The notes below the pieces were generated by a model. The model had not been told where the DNA came from. It saw only the letters and a list, made by a program, of their open reading frames with translations, and ran no database searches. DNA of 64,000 nt. It comes from Fimbriimonadales bacterium (lineage in GTDB: Bacteria > Armatimonadota > Fimbriimonadia > Fimbriimonadales > ATM1). Both the position numbers and the translations under genes were made by a program. The stretch spans positions 32,001-96,000 of the forward strand of contig JBGTLG010000004.1 of NCBI GenBank assembly GCA_041744215.1, in the 5' to 3' direction. The stretch's first letter is position 1, and every line of letters starts with the position of its first letter. Positions 21,201 through 30,441 of this stretch are shown piece after piece.

Positions 21201-21755
21201 CTTATGAATTGCTTCGCGATCTCAATCTCCCTAGGCTTGCAATACGGTGTGCCGCTCGAAGAGTTCGTCGATGCATTTTGTTTCACTCGATTTGAGCCCA
21301 ACGGAATGGTCGGCGGCAACGATCACATCAAGATGGCTACGTCCGTGATCGACTACATCTTCCGAGAACTTGCTGTAACGTACCTCGGTCGCGCCGACTT
21401 CATGCACGTTTCGCCGGAAGACCTGAGAAGTGACACGATCGGGAAACCGCAGCAGGAGGCCGACTTCACCGAGGAAGTGATTGTTGACGAGAACCACGGA
21501 GATCGCCCAGTACCAGGGCAAACAACCGAGAACCACGAGGGTGCGGGATTCAGACCGGATCGCCCTAATGGGCACGCTCTCTCGGAGCCAATTCGTGTGG
21601 CATCTGGAGGGGCCGAAATCGAGGCGAAGATTCGACAGGCGCGCCTTCAGGGTTATGAGGGTGATCCCTGTAACGAGTGCGGCCAATTCACGCTCGTTAG
21701 AAATGGCACATGCCTGAAGTGCCAGTCTTGTGGCGCTACGAGCGGATGCTCCTAA
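18264..21755 (+). CDS. nrdJ: Class II (adenosylcobalamin-dependent) ribonucleotide reductase
   Basis: [36 protein letters not shown] motifs; C-terminal TSCPD-like domain and CxxC...CxxC. Confidence 0.97.
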   Translation: MKINRRFTKSGSDAYEGIEFVSRKSEIRNTDGSSVFSMEDIMVPTGWSQVATDILAQKYFRKAGVPQEDGSTGSERDSRQVFNRLAGCWRFWGEKHGYFDTEADAQAFCDELCNMMARQMAAPNSPQWFNTGLHYAYGITGPAQGHYYVDPETGEVKKSENAYERPQPHACFILSVKDDLVGQGGIMDLWTREARIFKYGSGVGTNFSSLRGEGESLSGGGKSSGLMSFLRVGDRSAGAVKSGGTTRRAAKMVCLDVDHPDIEDFIDWKVIEEQKVASLVAGSKLCNLHLNAIIKACHGWRNEDERFDARKNDELRVAIAAAKGAEVPLNYIQRVIQLAEQGYKGIEFPIYDSDWNSEAYLTVSGQNSNNSIRVSNDFLKTVEAGGDWNLTNRTTGEVAKKVSAKEIWDSICFSAWSCADPGLQYDTTINEWHTCPEGGKINASNPCSEYMFLDDTACNLASLNLCSFYDPTTQTFDVESYKHAIHLWTIVLEISVLMAQFPSKEIAQLSYDYRTLGLGYANLGALLMQMGIPYDSPQGNAITGCLTAILGGESYATSSELAREIGPFPRYHKNRDHMLRVIRNHRRAAYNTGPNEYEGLSTAPMGIDPDEAPTEMLKAARVAWDRALELGEAHGYRNAQVTVLAPTGTIGLIMDCDTTGIEPDFALVKFKKLAGGGYFKIINQSVPIALERLGYNMEQVEDIISYCMGSGTLLGSPTITHDDLKQRGFDDEAIDRLEKALASSFEINFAFNHYVLGRDFCIDKLGLSAEQIDDWSFNLLLALGFSQDDIDEANNYVCGTMTVEGAPHLRLEHYSIFDCANKCGKIGKRYITYEGHIRAMAAAQPFISGAISKTINLPSNALVDDIAKAYVLSWKLGLKANALYRDGSKLSQPLNSALDDAAAAIMEIDSTLSLPAQHAQKLVYRYIAKRRLLPARRRGYTQKARVGGHKVYLRTGEYEDGSLGEIFVDMHREGAAFRSLMNCFAISISLGLQYGVPLEEFVDAFCFTRFEPNGMVGGNDHIKMATSVIDYIFRELAVTYLGRADFMHVSPEDLRSDTIGKPQQEADFTEEVIVDENHGDRPVPGQTTENHEGAGFRPDRPNGHALSEPIRVASGGAEIEAKIRQARLQGYEGDPCNECGQFTLVRNGTCLKCQSCGATSGCS

Positions 21756-21771
21756 CAAAGATAAGGCGAAA

Positions 21772-21796
21772 GCCCAGTATTTTTACTGGGCCTTTT
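21772..21796 (+). terminator. Rho-independent terminator after nrdJ
   Basis: GCCCAGTA-TTTT-TACTGGGC followed by CTTTT. Confidence 0.65.
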
Positions 21797-21846
21797 GGCC
21801 GTCGTCTTGCCGTATCGTAGATACGCATAGGAGAGTGCATATCTAA

Positions 21847-23064
21847 ATGAGACAGGTCTTGCGTTTTTCGCTGGGCTCGGTAGCCCTCGCCCTTTGCTTT
21901 ATCCCGCGGGCGATCGTCCCTGACCTTCCAACGTCTAACTGGCCCTACGCCGGTCAGTTTGGGACAGCCACCCAGAAGTGGTCAGGCGTTGCGATTGGTG
22001 ATAGATGGGTACTGACCGCCCGTCACGTCGCGTTTATGGGTGACACTGAAGGCCGATTTGTGATGGACGGTGGTCCCGAGTACGCGAGCATTAGAGTCTA
22101 CAGGCACCCAACCGACGATCTTGCTGTCATCGAGTTTCCTAACCCTCTTCCCGGCTGGTACCCAATCTACACCGGATCGTCGGAGATCGGTATGGTCGGC
22201 GAAGTCATCGGTTACGGCATAACGGGAGAAATCGTAGGAGGAGAGTACCAGTACACTGGCAACGGCGGAACAAAACGGGCCGGCAGAAACCGCCTTTCAC
22301 TCTCACAGTTTGTTCAGTTTACTGAAATCCAGGGAGTGTTTCTGATATGCGATTTTGACGGAAGTGGTCGTGACACCTTCGGTGACGGCGGACCTGTTAT
22401 GAATGAGTGCACGCTTGGAAGCGGAGACTCGGGCGGACCTACGCTCGTCAACGATGGCGGAGTCTGGAAAGTTGCTGGAGTTCATAGCTGGGTGGGGAAC
22501 GTTACAGGCGGACCAACTGCGCCCAGGCATGGCTCTGTCTTCGGCGACATTCAGGTGTCAAATTACGCGGCGTGGATCAATTCGATTGTCCCCCAGCGCG
22601 TAACGCCGACTATCTTGAATGTGAATCCGGGCATCATTGTTGGCGGTGATGTCGGATCGCTCGCATTCAGCGACAACGTTCGCGTCCGAATCCGAGAGGT
22701 GCCGCCGCTCGCGCTCGGTGCGCCTTCGGTGCGCGCCGTCATTGACGGAGTGTCACCGATCCTCGCACCGGGCACTCTGACGTTTCGCATCGAGACCTCT
22801 ACGTCGGCTGTTCCCGCTTCGAGTTTGTTGCAACGCATAGAGATGCGGAACTTTCAAACAGGAGTCTGGGAATTGGTGGATCAACGGTCAACCACATCCG
22901 GCGACAATATGATCGTGATCACTCCGGCAGGCTCAGCTTCGAGGTTCGTGGAGCCTATCACTGGAGTTGTTCGCTCACGGGCATCCTGGTTCGACCCAGG
23001 CACGTTGTTTAGTTTCGGTTGGGAGGTGCGGATTGACATGGCCATTTGGGAGGTTCTGCCTTGA
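21847..23064 (+). CDS. Secreted trypsin-like serine protease with conserved C-terminal domain
   Basis: WVLTARH, DLAV, GDSGGP catalytic motifs; signal peptide; C-terminal 154 aa homologous to the next gene. Confidence 0.85.
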   Translation: MRQVLRFSLGSVALALCFIPRAIVPDLPTSNWPYAGQFGTATQKWSGVAIGDRWVLTARHVAFMGDTEGRFVMDGGPEYASIRVYRHPTDDLAVIEFPNPLPGWYPIYTGSSEIGMVGEVIGYGITGEIVGGEYQYTGNGGTKRAGRNRLSLSQFVQFTEIQGVFLICDFDGSGRDTFGDGGPVMNECTLGSGDSGGPTLVNDGGVWKVAGVHSWVGNVTGGPTAPRHGSVFGDIQVSNYAAWINSIVPQRVTPTILNVNPGIIVGGDVGSLAFSDNVRVRIREVPPLALGAPSVRAVIDGVSPILAPGTLTFRIETSTSAVPASSLLQRIEMRNFQTGVWELVDQRSTTSGDNMIVITPAGSASRFVEPITGVVRSRASWFDPGTLFSFGWEVRIDMAIWEVLP

Positions 23065-23186
23065 GCCTCCTCGCAATCATGCCGGAAACCCTCGGTCCAA
23101 CGAGATTCGAAGACATCAGTATCACATAATGAACAACAGTTGATGCCGAGATTGGTCAACAACCAATCTGATAAAGGAGAACAAAA

Positions 23187-24248
23187 GTGAAGGTTTGTAG
23201 AATTCGATGGGCAGTCTTGGTGGCAGCATCTCTCGTGGCGGCGCTGGCCTCTGCGGTGACGCTCGGACAGGTTGATGACTTCCAAGACGGGACGCTCATG
23301 TTCTGGGGCGGCGGAGCGGCGTTGACGAACGTAGCGAATGGCGGGCCGAATGGCGCGGGCGACCGCTTCCTCCAGATTCAGTCAAATGGGGGCAGTGGAC
23401 CAGGGAGCCGACTCGCGACGTTGAACACGAACCAATGGTCGGGTGACTACATCGCAGCAGGTGTACAGGCGGTGGAAATGCACCTCAACAACTTCTCCGC
23501 ACAGGATCTTCACATGCGCATTGTCGTTTTTGGTCCAGGTTTGGCGACTCAGTGGACCTCAGCGCAGGCGGTTGTTCTGCCCGCTGGATCTGGTTGGAGA
23601 AGGGTAACGTTTCTTCTTACTCAAAGCGCATTGACACGAGTGTCAGGCACCGACAGTTACACGACATGCCTGAGTAACGCCTCCCAGCTGATGATTCGCC
23701 ACAATGTCAACGCTTCTTCCGGCGGAGACCCAATCGCCGCGACGATGGGCATGGACAACGTAACCGCTGTCGTAGGACCAACTCTGCTTCCTAATGTTTT
23801 CCAGATACTGACCGGTGTCCCTCAGTCCGGAAACGTGCAGTCACTTTGGTTCCAGGACACGGATCGACTGGTTGTGCGCGAGGCTCCTCCGATTGCTCTT
23901 GGCTTACCATCGGTAGACATTCGCATCGACGGAACATCGCTTCTTACAACTGTAAGCGGGATGAGCCTCCGCGTCGTCACATCGACCAGCGCGGTCCCTG
24001 CGGCTGCGACAACGCAGGTCGTTCAAATGCGTAACTTCTCGGCTAGCATCTGGGAAACGGTCGACACGCGTGCTGGGACCGGTAGTGACAACGCGATTGT
24101 CATCACCCCCACTGGGGACCCGAATCGGTTCATCCAAAGTGGCACGAGATTGGTTCAGGTTCGAATCCGCTGGTTCGACCCCGGCACTCTGTTCACTTTT
24201 GGGTGGGTCGGACGCATTAACCAAGTCAACTGGCTGACCACGCCGTAG
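23187..24248 (+). CDS. Secreted protein of unknown function with the same C-terminal domain
   Basis: Signal peptide (ALASA), AAGGAGA RBS, beta-rich N-domain, shared C-terminal domain. Confidence 0.8.
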   Translation: MKVCRIRWAVLVAASLVAALASAVTLGQVDDFQDGTLMFWGGGAALTNVANGGPNGAGDRFLQIQSNGGSGPGSRLATLNTNQWSGDYIAAGVQAVEMHLNNFSAQDLHMRIVVFGPGLATQWTSAQAVVLPAGSGWRRVTFLLTQSALTRVSGTDSYTTCLSNASQLMIRHNVNASSGGDPIAATMGMDNVTAVVGPTLLPNVFQILTGVPQSGNVQSLWFQDTDRLVVREAPPIALGLPSVDIRIDGTSLLTTVSGMSLRVVTSTSAVPAAATTQVVQMRNFSASIWETVDTRAGTGSDNAIVITPTGDPNRFIQSGTRLVQVRIRWFDPGTLFTFGWVGRINQVNWLTTP

Positions 24249-24349
24249 TTGAGGGAGCAAGGTGCGACGCCTCATCCCACACGCTGTGGTATGGGGCGAA
24301 CCGCCTATTGGAAACCGATCGCGACCTTGAAGGGGTAGTTTACGCGGAC

Positions 24350-26044
24350 ATGGCCCAGGAAGGTGGCGAAGGATCCCCACAACTCGACGCAGCGCGGATG
24401 CTGGAGTTCGCGTCGTACGTGCGCGATTTGCCCACCGCCGCCGAGCAAGACCCTAGGGACCTCGCGAAGAGATTTGGGCTCCCAGAGGAACTCGTCCGGG
24501 AGTCCCTGCGAGTCGCGAGCAAGCGGGAAAGGCGAACGGAGAGGCAGCCCTCCGGAAGAACGAGGCGGAGCGTGCGATCCGCGATGTCGCGCTTCTGCAG
24601 CTTTCTCTATGCGAGGCCAGTCGTCAACTCAGCTTTTTTGGGCGTGTTCGCGTCGGTTGCCTCGGATGTCAGTTCGCGGCTGGATCAGGTAGCCGCAAAC
24701 ATCCTCCTCGCTTGCGCCTTCACGCTCGCTGGCGGGCTGCTCCTGTTGGTCAACGGCCTGCGTGGGCAGGCTCGTTACGCGGTGCTCACATCGTTCGCTT
24801 CAGTCGGCTGTTGGATGGGAGGCAGCATTCTGTTTAGGGTTCTCGATGGGCGATCGATGAGCTTGCTTCAAACGCTGTGGCTATCCGCCGTGGTTCTCTT
24901 CCTTACCGCCCTGCTTGCAATGTTTCTCAGTCTTGCTGCGATGCTCGGAGCATTCATCAAGATTCGGCGCGAAGCAAGCCATGAGGAGAAGCAGGACCGC
25001 CTTCAATTGCTCCAGCGGATCTTCTACCTGCAAGAGCAGCTTTCCGCTGCCCCAGCCTCGCGATGGCATCGTTCTAGGTGGGACTGGGTCGAGTCCGCGC
25101 GGAACCGGTGGCCCTGGATTGCACTCGCAGCGGGATTTGGCGTTGGCTTTATTCTTCTGCTTGAGAGAGTGACATTGGGATTGCCTACTATCGACGAAGC
25201 TCCTCAAACAGTCGCCTTTTTCGGCGTCGCAAACTTCTTACTCATCGCAATTGTTGTCCCATCCATTGGCTTTATCTCGGGCACGCTTTCACGCGGATTA
25301 GCGTCCGGCGTTCTATTCGCCGTGACAAAGTCGCTGTTTGATGTCATCGCAAACGGAGTCCCACAATCCTCCGCACTCTGGACGGAGTTGGTAATCACGT
25401 CCGCATGGTTTGTCCTCATTGCAGGTATTGGCGGCGTGGCAGGAACAATCGAGGAGCGGGGCCAACGATCACGGCGTCTTGCAGCAGCGGACCAAACAAC
25501 AATTCTCAGCGAGATTATCCGGCTCCAGCAGTTATTGCAGACGGGCTCGGCCGAAATCTTCGTAATGTTTGCCGATGTCGTCAAAAGCACACAAATCAAG
25601 GCTGGCAAAGATCCGCTCAAGATAGAAGCATCATTTCGCGCCTTCCACGACTTCATTGGTCGTACGGTGCGCCAGCACGGTGGGTCGATACACAGCGTTT
25701 CTGGAGACGGCGCAGTCGCAAAGTTTAGCGTCGCCGCAGACATCTTAGCTGCGGCACGCGCTGTCCAACGGGACATCGACGGATTCAACACAGCCGCAAA
25801 TCGCCTCGACCTGCCGTTTCGAGTCCGAATCGGATTGCATTGTGGCGAAGTCCATGGAGAATTGGATCAAGTCGTGTTCACCAATGTCGTCGACATCGCG
25901 GCGCACATCGAAAAGTACGCGCCGCCGGGGGGGATTGTAGTTACAGACAACCTGAAGGAACAGCTTCCGAATGAGCGCTTCGCCCAACTCGAGGAGGCAG
26001 TCGACGGGCATAGCGTTTACCTCGTTCTCGACCTTGGCCCTTAG
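24350..26044 (+). CDS. Multi-pass membrane protein with C-terminal class III nucleotide cyclase domain
   Basis: MFADVVKST, SGDG, FRVRIGLHCGEV motifs; several TM helices; start taken at ATG 24350. Confidence 0.85.
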   Translation: MAQEGGEGSPQLDAARMLEFASYVRDLPTAAEQDPRDLAKRFGLPEELVRESLRVASKRERRTERQPSGRTRRSVRSAMSRFCSFLYARPVVNSAFLGVFASVASDVSSRLDQVAANILLACAFTLAGGLLLLVNGLRGQARYAVLTSFASVGCWMGGSILFRVLDGRSMSLLQTLWLSAVVLFLTALLAMFLSLAAMLGAFIKIRREASHEEKQDRLQLLQRIFYLQEQLSAAPASRWHRSRWDWVESARNRWPWIALAAGFGVGFILLLERVTLGLPTIDEAPQTVAFFGVANFLLIAIVVPSIGFISGTLSRGLASGVLFAVTKSLFDVIANGVPQSSALWTELVITSAWFVLIAGIGGVAGTIEERGQRSRRLAAADQTTILSEIIRLQQLLQTGSAEIFVMFADVVKSTQIKAGKDPLKIEASFRAFHDFIGRTVRQHGGSIHSVSGDGAVAKFSVAADILAAARAVQRDIDGFNTAANRLDLPFRVRIGLHCGEVHGELDQVVFTNVVDIAAHIEKYAPPGGIVVTDNLKEQLPNERFAQLEEAVDGHSVYLVLDLGP

Positions 26045-26065
26045 GTCGCGGTAACCTATCGCCTC

Positions 26066-27166
26066 ATGACATTGAACGGAGTGGACGCGGTCGACCTCGT
26101 TCTAGTCGGCGTCGGACTTGTCGCCCCTATACTCGTGGCGGCCGGCATCGCTGGCTGGCTAAAGAGTCTCGCGAGAAGGGCGTCCCAGGTTTCTGGAGTC
26201 GCTCCGGCAGAGACGATTGCCTCAATCTTCAGGTGGCCCGTCGTTTTCGCGGGCGTGCTTGCTGGGCTATACCTCTCATCGCTCTGGGCACGTGAACTTT
26301 CAGTCGAGCTCCTTCGAAATCGAAACTGGCCGCTCTTCGAGCGGTGGCTGATCGCCGCGGCAGTACTTCTCGCGTTCTACGTGGGCTACCGCCTTGCAGT
26401 GTCTGCGTTTCGCTTCGCCGCGCGCAGAGCCAATCGTGACCCGCGCGATTTCTTCTTCATCAGCAAACTTACAGCTGCGGTAATCAGTGCGATCGCCGCA
26501 GTGACTGCGCTCAATCTCTTGGGCGTTAACATCGGCCCAGTCCTGGCCTCATTGGGAGTAGCCGGAATCGCCGTGGCGTTAGCCCTCCAAGACACCCTCG
26601 GCAACTACTTTGCATCACTCTCCATTACCGTTGATAAGGCGCTCAAGCCGGGCGATTACATACGGCTCGAATCAGGACACGAGGGATTTGTCGAGGCGGT
26701 CGGATGGCGAACCACGCGGATCAGGCCGTATGGAGAGACGATGCTCATCGTTCCAAACTCCAAACTGACGTCGTCTATCGTCACTAACTTCTACCTTCCA
26801 GAGAATTCAGTGCGAGTCTACATCGATTTTGGAGTCGGTTACGAAGAGAACTTGGAGGAAGTGGAAGAAGTGCTGATCGAGACGGCCAAAGAAACGATTC
26901 ACCGAGTGCCGGGCGCGGACACGGAGTTTGAGCCCATCGTCCGATTCAAGGAGTTCGCAGACTCGAACATTGCTGGAACGCTGACCTTGCGCGCGAGCGA
27001 CTTCGAAATGAGCTTTCGTTTGAAGCACGAGTGTATAAAGGCGATACACAGGAAGTTTGCAGAGAAGGGAATTGCAATCAACTACCCGGTGCGGCAGATC
27101 GTTCCTATGGTAGTCGACACCGGGCCAAAATATCCGCCGCCAGACGTACCTCGGGACGTCATCTGA
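26066..27166 (+). CDS. mscS: Small-conductance mechanosensitive channel family protein
   Basis: LASLGVAGIAVALALQDTLGN, GDYI, GWRTTRIR, IVPNSKL motifs. Confidence 0.92.
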   Translation: MTLNGVDAVDLVLVGVGLVAPILVAAGIAGWLKSLARRASQVSGVAPAETIASIFRWPVVFAGVLAGLYLSSLWARELSVELLRNRNWPLFERWLIAAAVLLAFYVGYRLAVSAFRFAARRANRDPRDFFFISKLTAAVISAIAAVTALNLLGVNIGPVLASLGVAGIAVALALQDTLGNYFASLSITVDKALKPGDYIRLESGHEGFVEAVGWRTTRIRPYGETMLIVPNSKLTSSIVTNFYLPENSVRVYIDFGVGYEENLEEVEEVLIETAKETIHRVPGADTEFEPIVRFKEFADSNIAGTLTLRASDFEMSFRLKHECIKAIHRKFAEKGIAINYPVRQIVPMVVDTGPKYPPPDVPRDVI

Positions 27167-27171
27167 ACGAC

Positions 27172-27924
27172 ATGATCAAACCAGACTGGCAATACGCAAT
27201 GGTCATTGGCGCGTCAAGTGGCGTCGGTGAGCAGATAGCGCGGCAGCTCGCCGCGACGGGGTGTAGAGTGGCGCTCGTTGCTCGGCGAGAAGATCGGGTG
27301 AGGAAGATCTCAATGGACATAAATGGACCTTCACTCCACCTCGCCGTTCCGTTTGCACACGATGTGCTTGACTTTACCAACGCCTCGACTCATTTCGATC
27401 ATGTTGTGCAGGACTTGGGTGGCCTTGATATAGTTTTCTATGCTGCAGGTGTCATGCGGCGGGTGGGCCCGACCGAATACGACATTGAGAAAGATCAGAC
27501 CATTGTGGAAACGAATCTCATCGGCGCCATGGCGTGGCTTAATCCGGCTGCAAAACGGTTTGAGCGCGCGAAAGCGGGAGTTATTGTTGGGATTGGTTCC
27601 GTTTCCGGCGACAGAGGTCGCCGAGGGAACCCGGCGTATGCCGCAAGCAAGGCTGGCCTGGAGTGCTATCTGGAATCCTTGCGCAATCGACTTGCCCAGT
27701 TGGGAGTGAGCGTCGTCACCGTAAAGCCCGGACCGATCCTCACGGAGATGACTGCTGCGCTCGGAAAGCAGCCAATGATGATCCCTGCAGAGCGAGCCGC
27801 TGAACTGATCATCAAGGCTGCAAAGAAGTCAAACAAAACAGTGTACGTGCCAGGCAGGTGGTGGCTAGTCTCAAGAATTCTAAGAGCAATCCCTTCAGTT
27901 TTATTCAGGAGACTGCGGATTTGA
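27172..27924 (+). CDS. Short-chain dehydrogenase/reductase, DprE2-like
   Basis: IGASSGVG, SVSGDRGRRGNPAYAASK (YxxxK), VKPGP; adjacent to DprE1-like gene. Confidence 0.85.
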   Translation: MIKPDWQYAMVIGASSGVGEQIARQLAATGCRVALVARREDRVRKISMDINGPSLHLAVPFAHDVLDFTNASTHFDHVVQDLGGLDIVFYAAGVMRRVGPTEYDIEKDQTIVETNLIGAMAWLNPAAKRFERAKAGVIVGIGSVSGDRGRRGNPAYAASKAGLECYLESLRNRLAQLGVSVVTVKPGPILTEMTAALGKQPMMIPAERAAELIIKAAKKSNKTVYVPGRWWLVSRILRAIPSVLFRRLRI

Positions 27925-29390
27925 AACCGCCCACTCAGCGTCTCGAGCGCGTCGAGGCGTGGGGTATGTCCTCCAGTAGCGTCGCGTATCTTTATAAGCC
28001 CTCGTCAGTCGATGGGATTCTTGAAGCCTTCGCTGAGGCGCGAAGCTTGGGAAAGACCATCGCGCTTAAGGGCGCAGGCAACAGCTACGGGGATGCCTTT
28101 CAAAACGCCGAAAACGTCGTGATCGACCTCTCTCGCATGACGAGAGTCCTCAAATATGACCCCGTTGAAGGGCTGATCACTTGCGAGCCAGGCGCAACGA
28201 TTAGGGATATCTGGAGATATGTGATCGGTGATGGTTGGTGGCCGCCAGTCGTGAGCGGAACAAGCCATGTGACGATCGGAGGTGCCTTGGCTGCGAACAT
28301 CCATGGCAAAAACAACGTTCATGCCGGACCGATTGGAGAACATGTTGTTTCCTTTGACCTCTTGCTTCCCTCGGGCCAAGTTGTCCATTGTGATCCGCTT
28401 ACCGAGCCCGAACTGTTCTACTCAGTCATGGGATCATTTGGCCTCTTAGGCGTTATCGTTTCAGCGACGTTGCGACTGAAGAGAGTTCACTCAGGTCAGT
28501 TAAACGTCGAAGCGATCGCGGTGAAATCGCTCACGTCAGCGTTTGAGGTCTTCGAATCTCGAGCGGACCGTCATGATTACATCGTCGGGTGGATCGATGC
28601 ATTTGCCTCGGGAAGTAGGTGCGGCCGTGGCCTGATTCATGTTGCAGACTACGCCGAAGAGGGGGAAGATCCACATCCTGAGGAATCACTACGTGTCGAG
28701 GCGCAACAATTGCCGGATACCTTCGGCGGTTGGCTCGCGCGGTCAAAGCTTTGGAGGATCATGAGGCCGTTCGTACGTCCGAGTGGAATGCGGCTTGTAA
28801 ACTATGCGAAATGCGTGGGAGCGAAGCGCGAGCATGGCAAGCAGTATAAGCAATCATTGGTTGCATTCAATTTCCTTCTCGATTCCGCGCCAAATTGGAA
28901 GTGGAGTTACCGACCCGGCGCGCTCATCCAGTACCAATCATTCATCCCCAAGGAAAATGCGTCTGTGGCGTTCGAGCGTATCATCACTCTATCTCAGGAT
29001 CGGGGCCTTGTTCCTTACCTCGCTGTGATGAAGCGGCATCGAAGTGACAGTTTTCTGCTGAGCCATGCGGTTGATGGGTACTCGCTCGCGCTCGACTTCC
29101 ACGTTACGCGCAAGAATCAAGAGAGGGTGAAGGAACTGACACGCGCCCTCGATGATATCGTCCTCGCAAATCAAGGCAAGTTCTACTTCGCAAAAGACAG
29201 CACTCTTATTCAGGGGGGAGCTAAGCTCTTTCTCGGGGAAGATCTCGTCGATAGGTTTACAGCCCTTAAAAAGCGGCTCGATCCCGAAGCTATCCTTCAG
29301 ACCGAACTCTCTAAGCGTGTGTTTGGTGAGTTCGAATCTGCAGCCGCACAGCTTTCGCCAGACGATGAGAACGCGGAACCGATGCGCTGA
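27921..29390 (+). CDS. FAD-binding oxidoreductase, DprE1-like (decaprenylphosphoryl-ribose oxidase family)
   Basis: GAGNSYGD, PVVSGT..VTIGGALAANIHGKN, QYQ, SLALDF, YFAKDS; TTG start overlaps upstream TGA. Confidence 0.85.
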   Translation: MKPPTQRLERVEAWGMSSSSVAYLYKPSSVDGILEAFAEARSLGKTIALKGAGNSYGDAFQNAENVVIDLSRMTRVLKYDPVEGLITCEPGATIRDIWRYVIGDGWWPPVVSGTSHVTIGGALAANIHGKNNVHAGPIGEHVVSFDLLLPSGQVVHCDPLTEPELFYSVMGSFGLLGVIVSATLRLKRVHSGQLNVEAIAVKSLTSAFEVFESRADRHDYIVGWIDAFASGSRCGRGLIHVADYAEEGEDPHPEESLRVEAQQLPDTFGGWLARSKLWRIMRPFVRPSGMRLVNYAKCVGAKREHGKQYKQSLVAFNFLLDSAPNWKWSYRPGALIQYQSFIPKENASVAFERIITLSQDRGLVPYLAVMKRHRSDSFLLSHAVDGYSLALDFHVTRKNQERVKELTRALDDIVLANQGKFYFAKDSTLIQGGAKLFLGEDLVDRFTALKKRLDPEAILQTELSKRVFGEFESAAAQLSPDDENAEPMR

Positions 29391-29409
29391 ATCGTGTCAA
29401 AATCGTGGA

Positions 29410-30267
29410 GTGAGTACAGATGGCGCGGCAAAGTACATTGAGTACCCGATAAGGTCCGACAAGCTCTCGATGCGGGCTGAGATAGGTGAACAAATTGCCT
29501 GCGTTCAGTCAGATTTCCAATTGATCGAGATTTTCGAAACTCCTGCTTTCGGCCGCATGCTGTTTCTCGATAAGCACGTCCAACTCGCTGAGTTAGACGA
29601 ACGTGCATACCACGAATCACTCGTTCATGTGCCGATGCTGAATATCAGGAACCCCAAACGCGCGCTCATCATTGGCGGTGGAGATGGCGGGGTGCTTCGC
29701 GAAGTCCTACGACACTCAAGCGTCGAACGCGTCGACATCGTTGAGATTGATCCGGAAGTCATCGAAGTCTGCCGGAGGCAGTTGCCGTTTCTCAACGCCG
29801 GAGTCTTCGAGGATTCAAGAGTACAACTCACAATTGGCGACGCCTTCGATTTTGTCCAATCCCCGAGAGAGTCGTACGATCTAATCGTCGTTGACTGCAC
29901 TGATGTGTATGAAGAAGAGAATGGCGCCCTCAGCGAGCAGTTGTTCACCGAATCATTTTATCGGCGACTGCTCGAAATGACATCCCAGGAGGGATTCGTC
30001 GTCACACAAGCCGACAATTTTGTCTTTTGCCCTTACTCGCTTGACGCAATCCGAAAGAGCTTCGCGAAGGTGTTTCCAAAAACGGGCGATTACTTTGCAG
30101 TGGTGCCCTCGTTCGGCGGATTCTCAGCGTTCTGTTGGGGAAGCAAGGATCCTGTGGTACGTCCGCGGTGGACGGACTTGCGAGCAGACCCCGGCGAATT
30201 GTCTTACCTTGGCAGCGAAGCGTATGACTTCGGGCAATCAAAGCTTACCTTTGTCGATATCAAGTAG
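29410..30267 (+). CDS. speE: Spermidine synthase (polyamine aminopropyltransferase)
   Basis: SDFQ, DERAYHESLVH, LIIGGGDGG, VEIDPEV, YDLIVVDCTD; start approximate. Confidence 0.88.
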   Translation: MSTDGAAKYIEYPIRSDKLSMRAEIGEQIACVQSDFQLIEIFETPAFGRMLFLDKHVQLAELDERAYHESLVHVPMLNIRNPKRALIIGGGDGGVLREVLRHSSVERVDIVEIDPEVIEVCRRQLPFLNAGVFEDSRVQLTIGDAFDFVQSPRESYDLIVVDCTDVYEEENGALSEQLFTESFYRRLLEMTSQEGFVVTQADNFVFCPYSLDAIRKSFAKVFPKTGDYFAVVPSFGGFSAFCWGSKDPVVRPRWTDLRADPGELSYLGSEAYDFGQSKLTFVDIK

Positions 30268-30441
30268 CTGCGGAACCACATCGGCAGGAGAGGATTGACG
30301 AGCGGTCTGCTCTGCAGTGGTTGGTGTTTGGGCACAAGCCTCGGGAGAAGTGTGCCCAAACAAGCACAAGAAGATAAAACCCGGTCGAACCTCCATCGCT
30401 CCGTATTCGTCAGAACGGTGAATCCTAAGGGGAATCGCGCT

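Noticed and set aside
18264-21755. Possible intein or intron in the long NrdJ
   Set aside because: No splice-junction (C/S...HN-C/S/T) or homing endonuclease motifs seen; length is explained by the long class II architecture with C-terminal domain
30270-30441. Possible riboswitch upstream of the prepilin-like gene
   Set aside because: No recognisable aptamer consensus or terminator by eye; would need an Rfam scan
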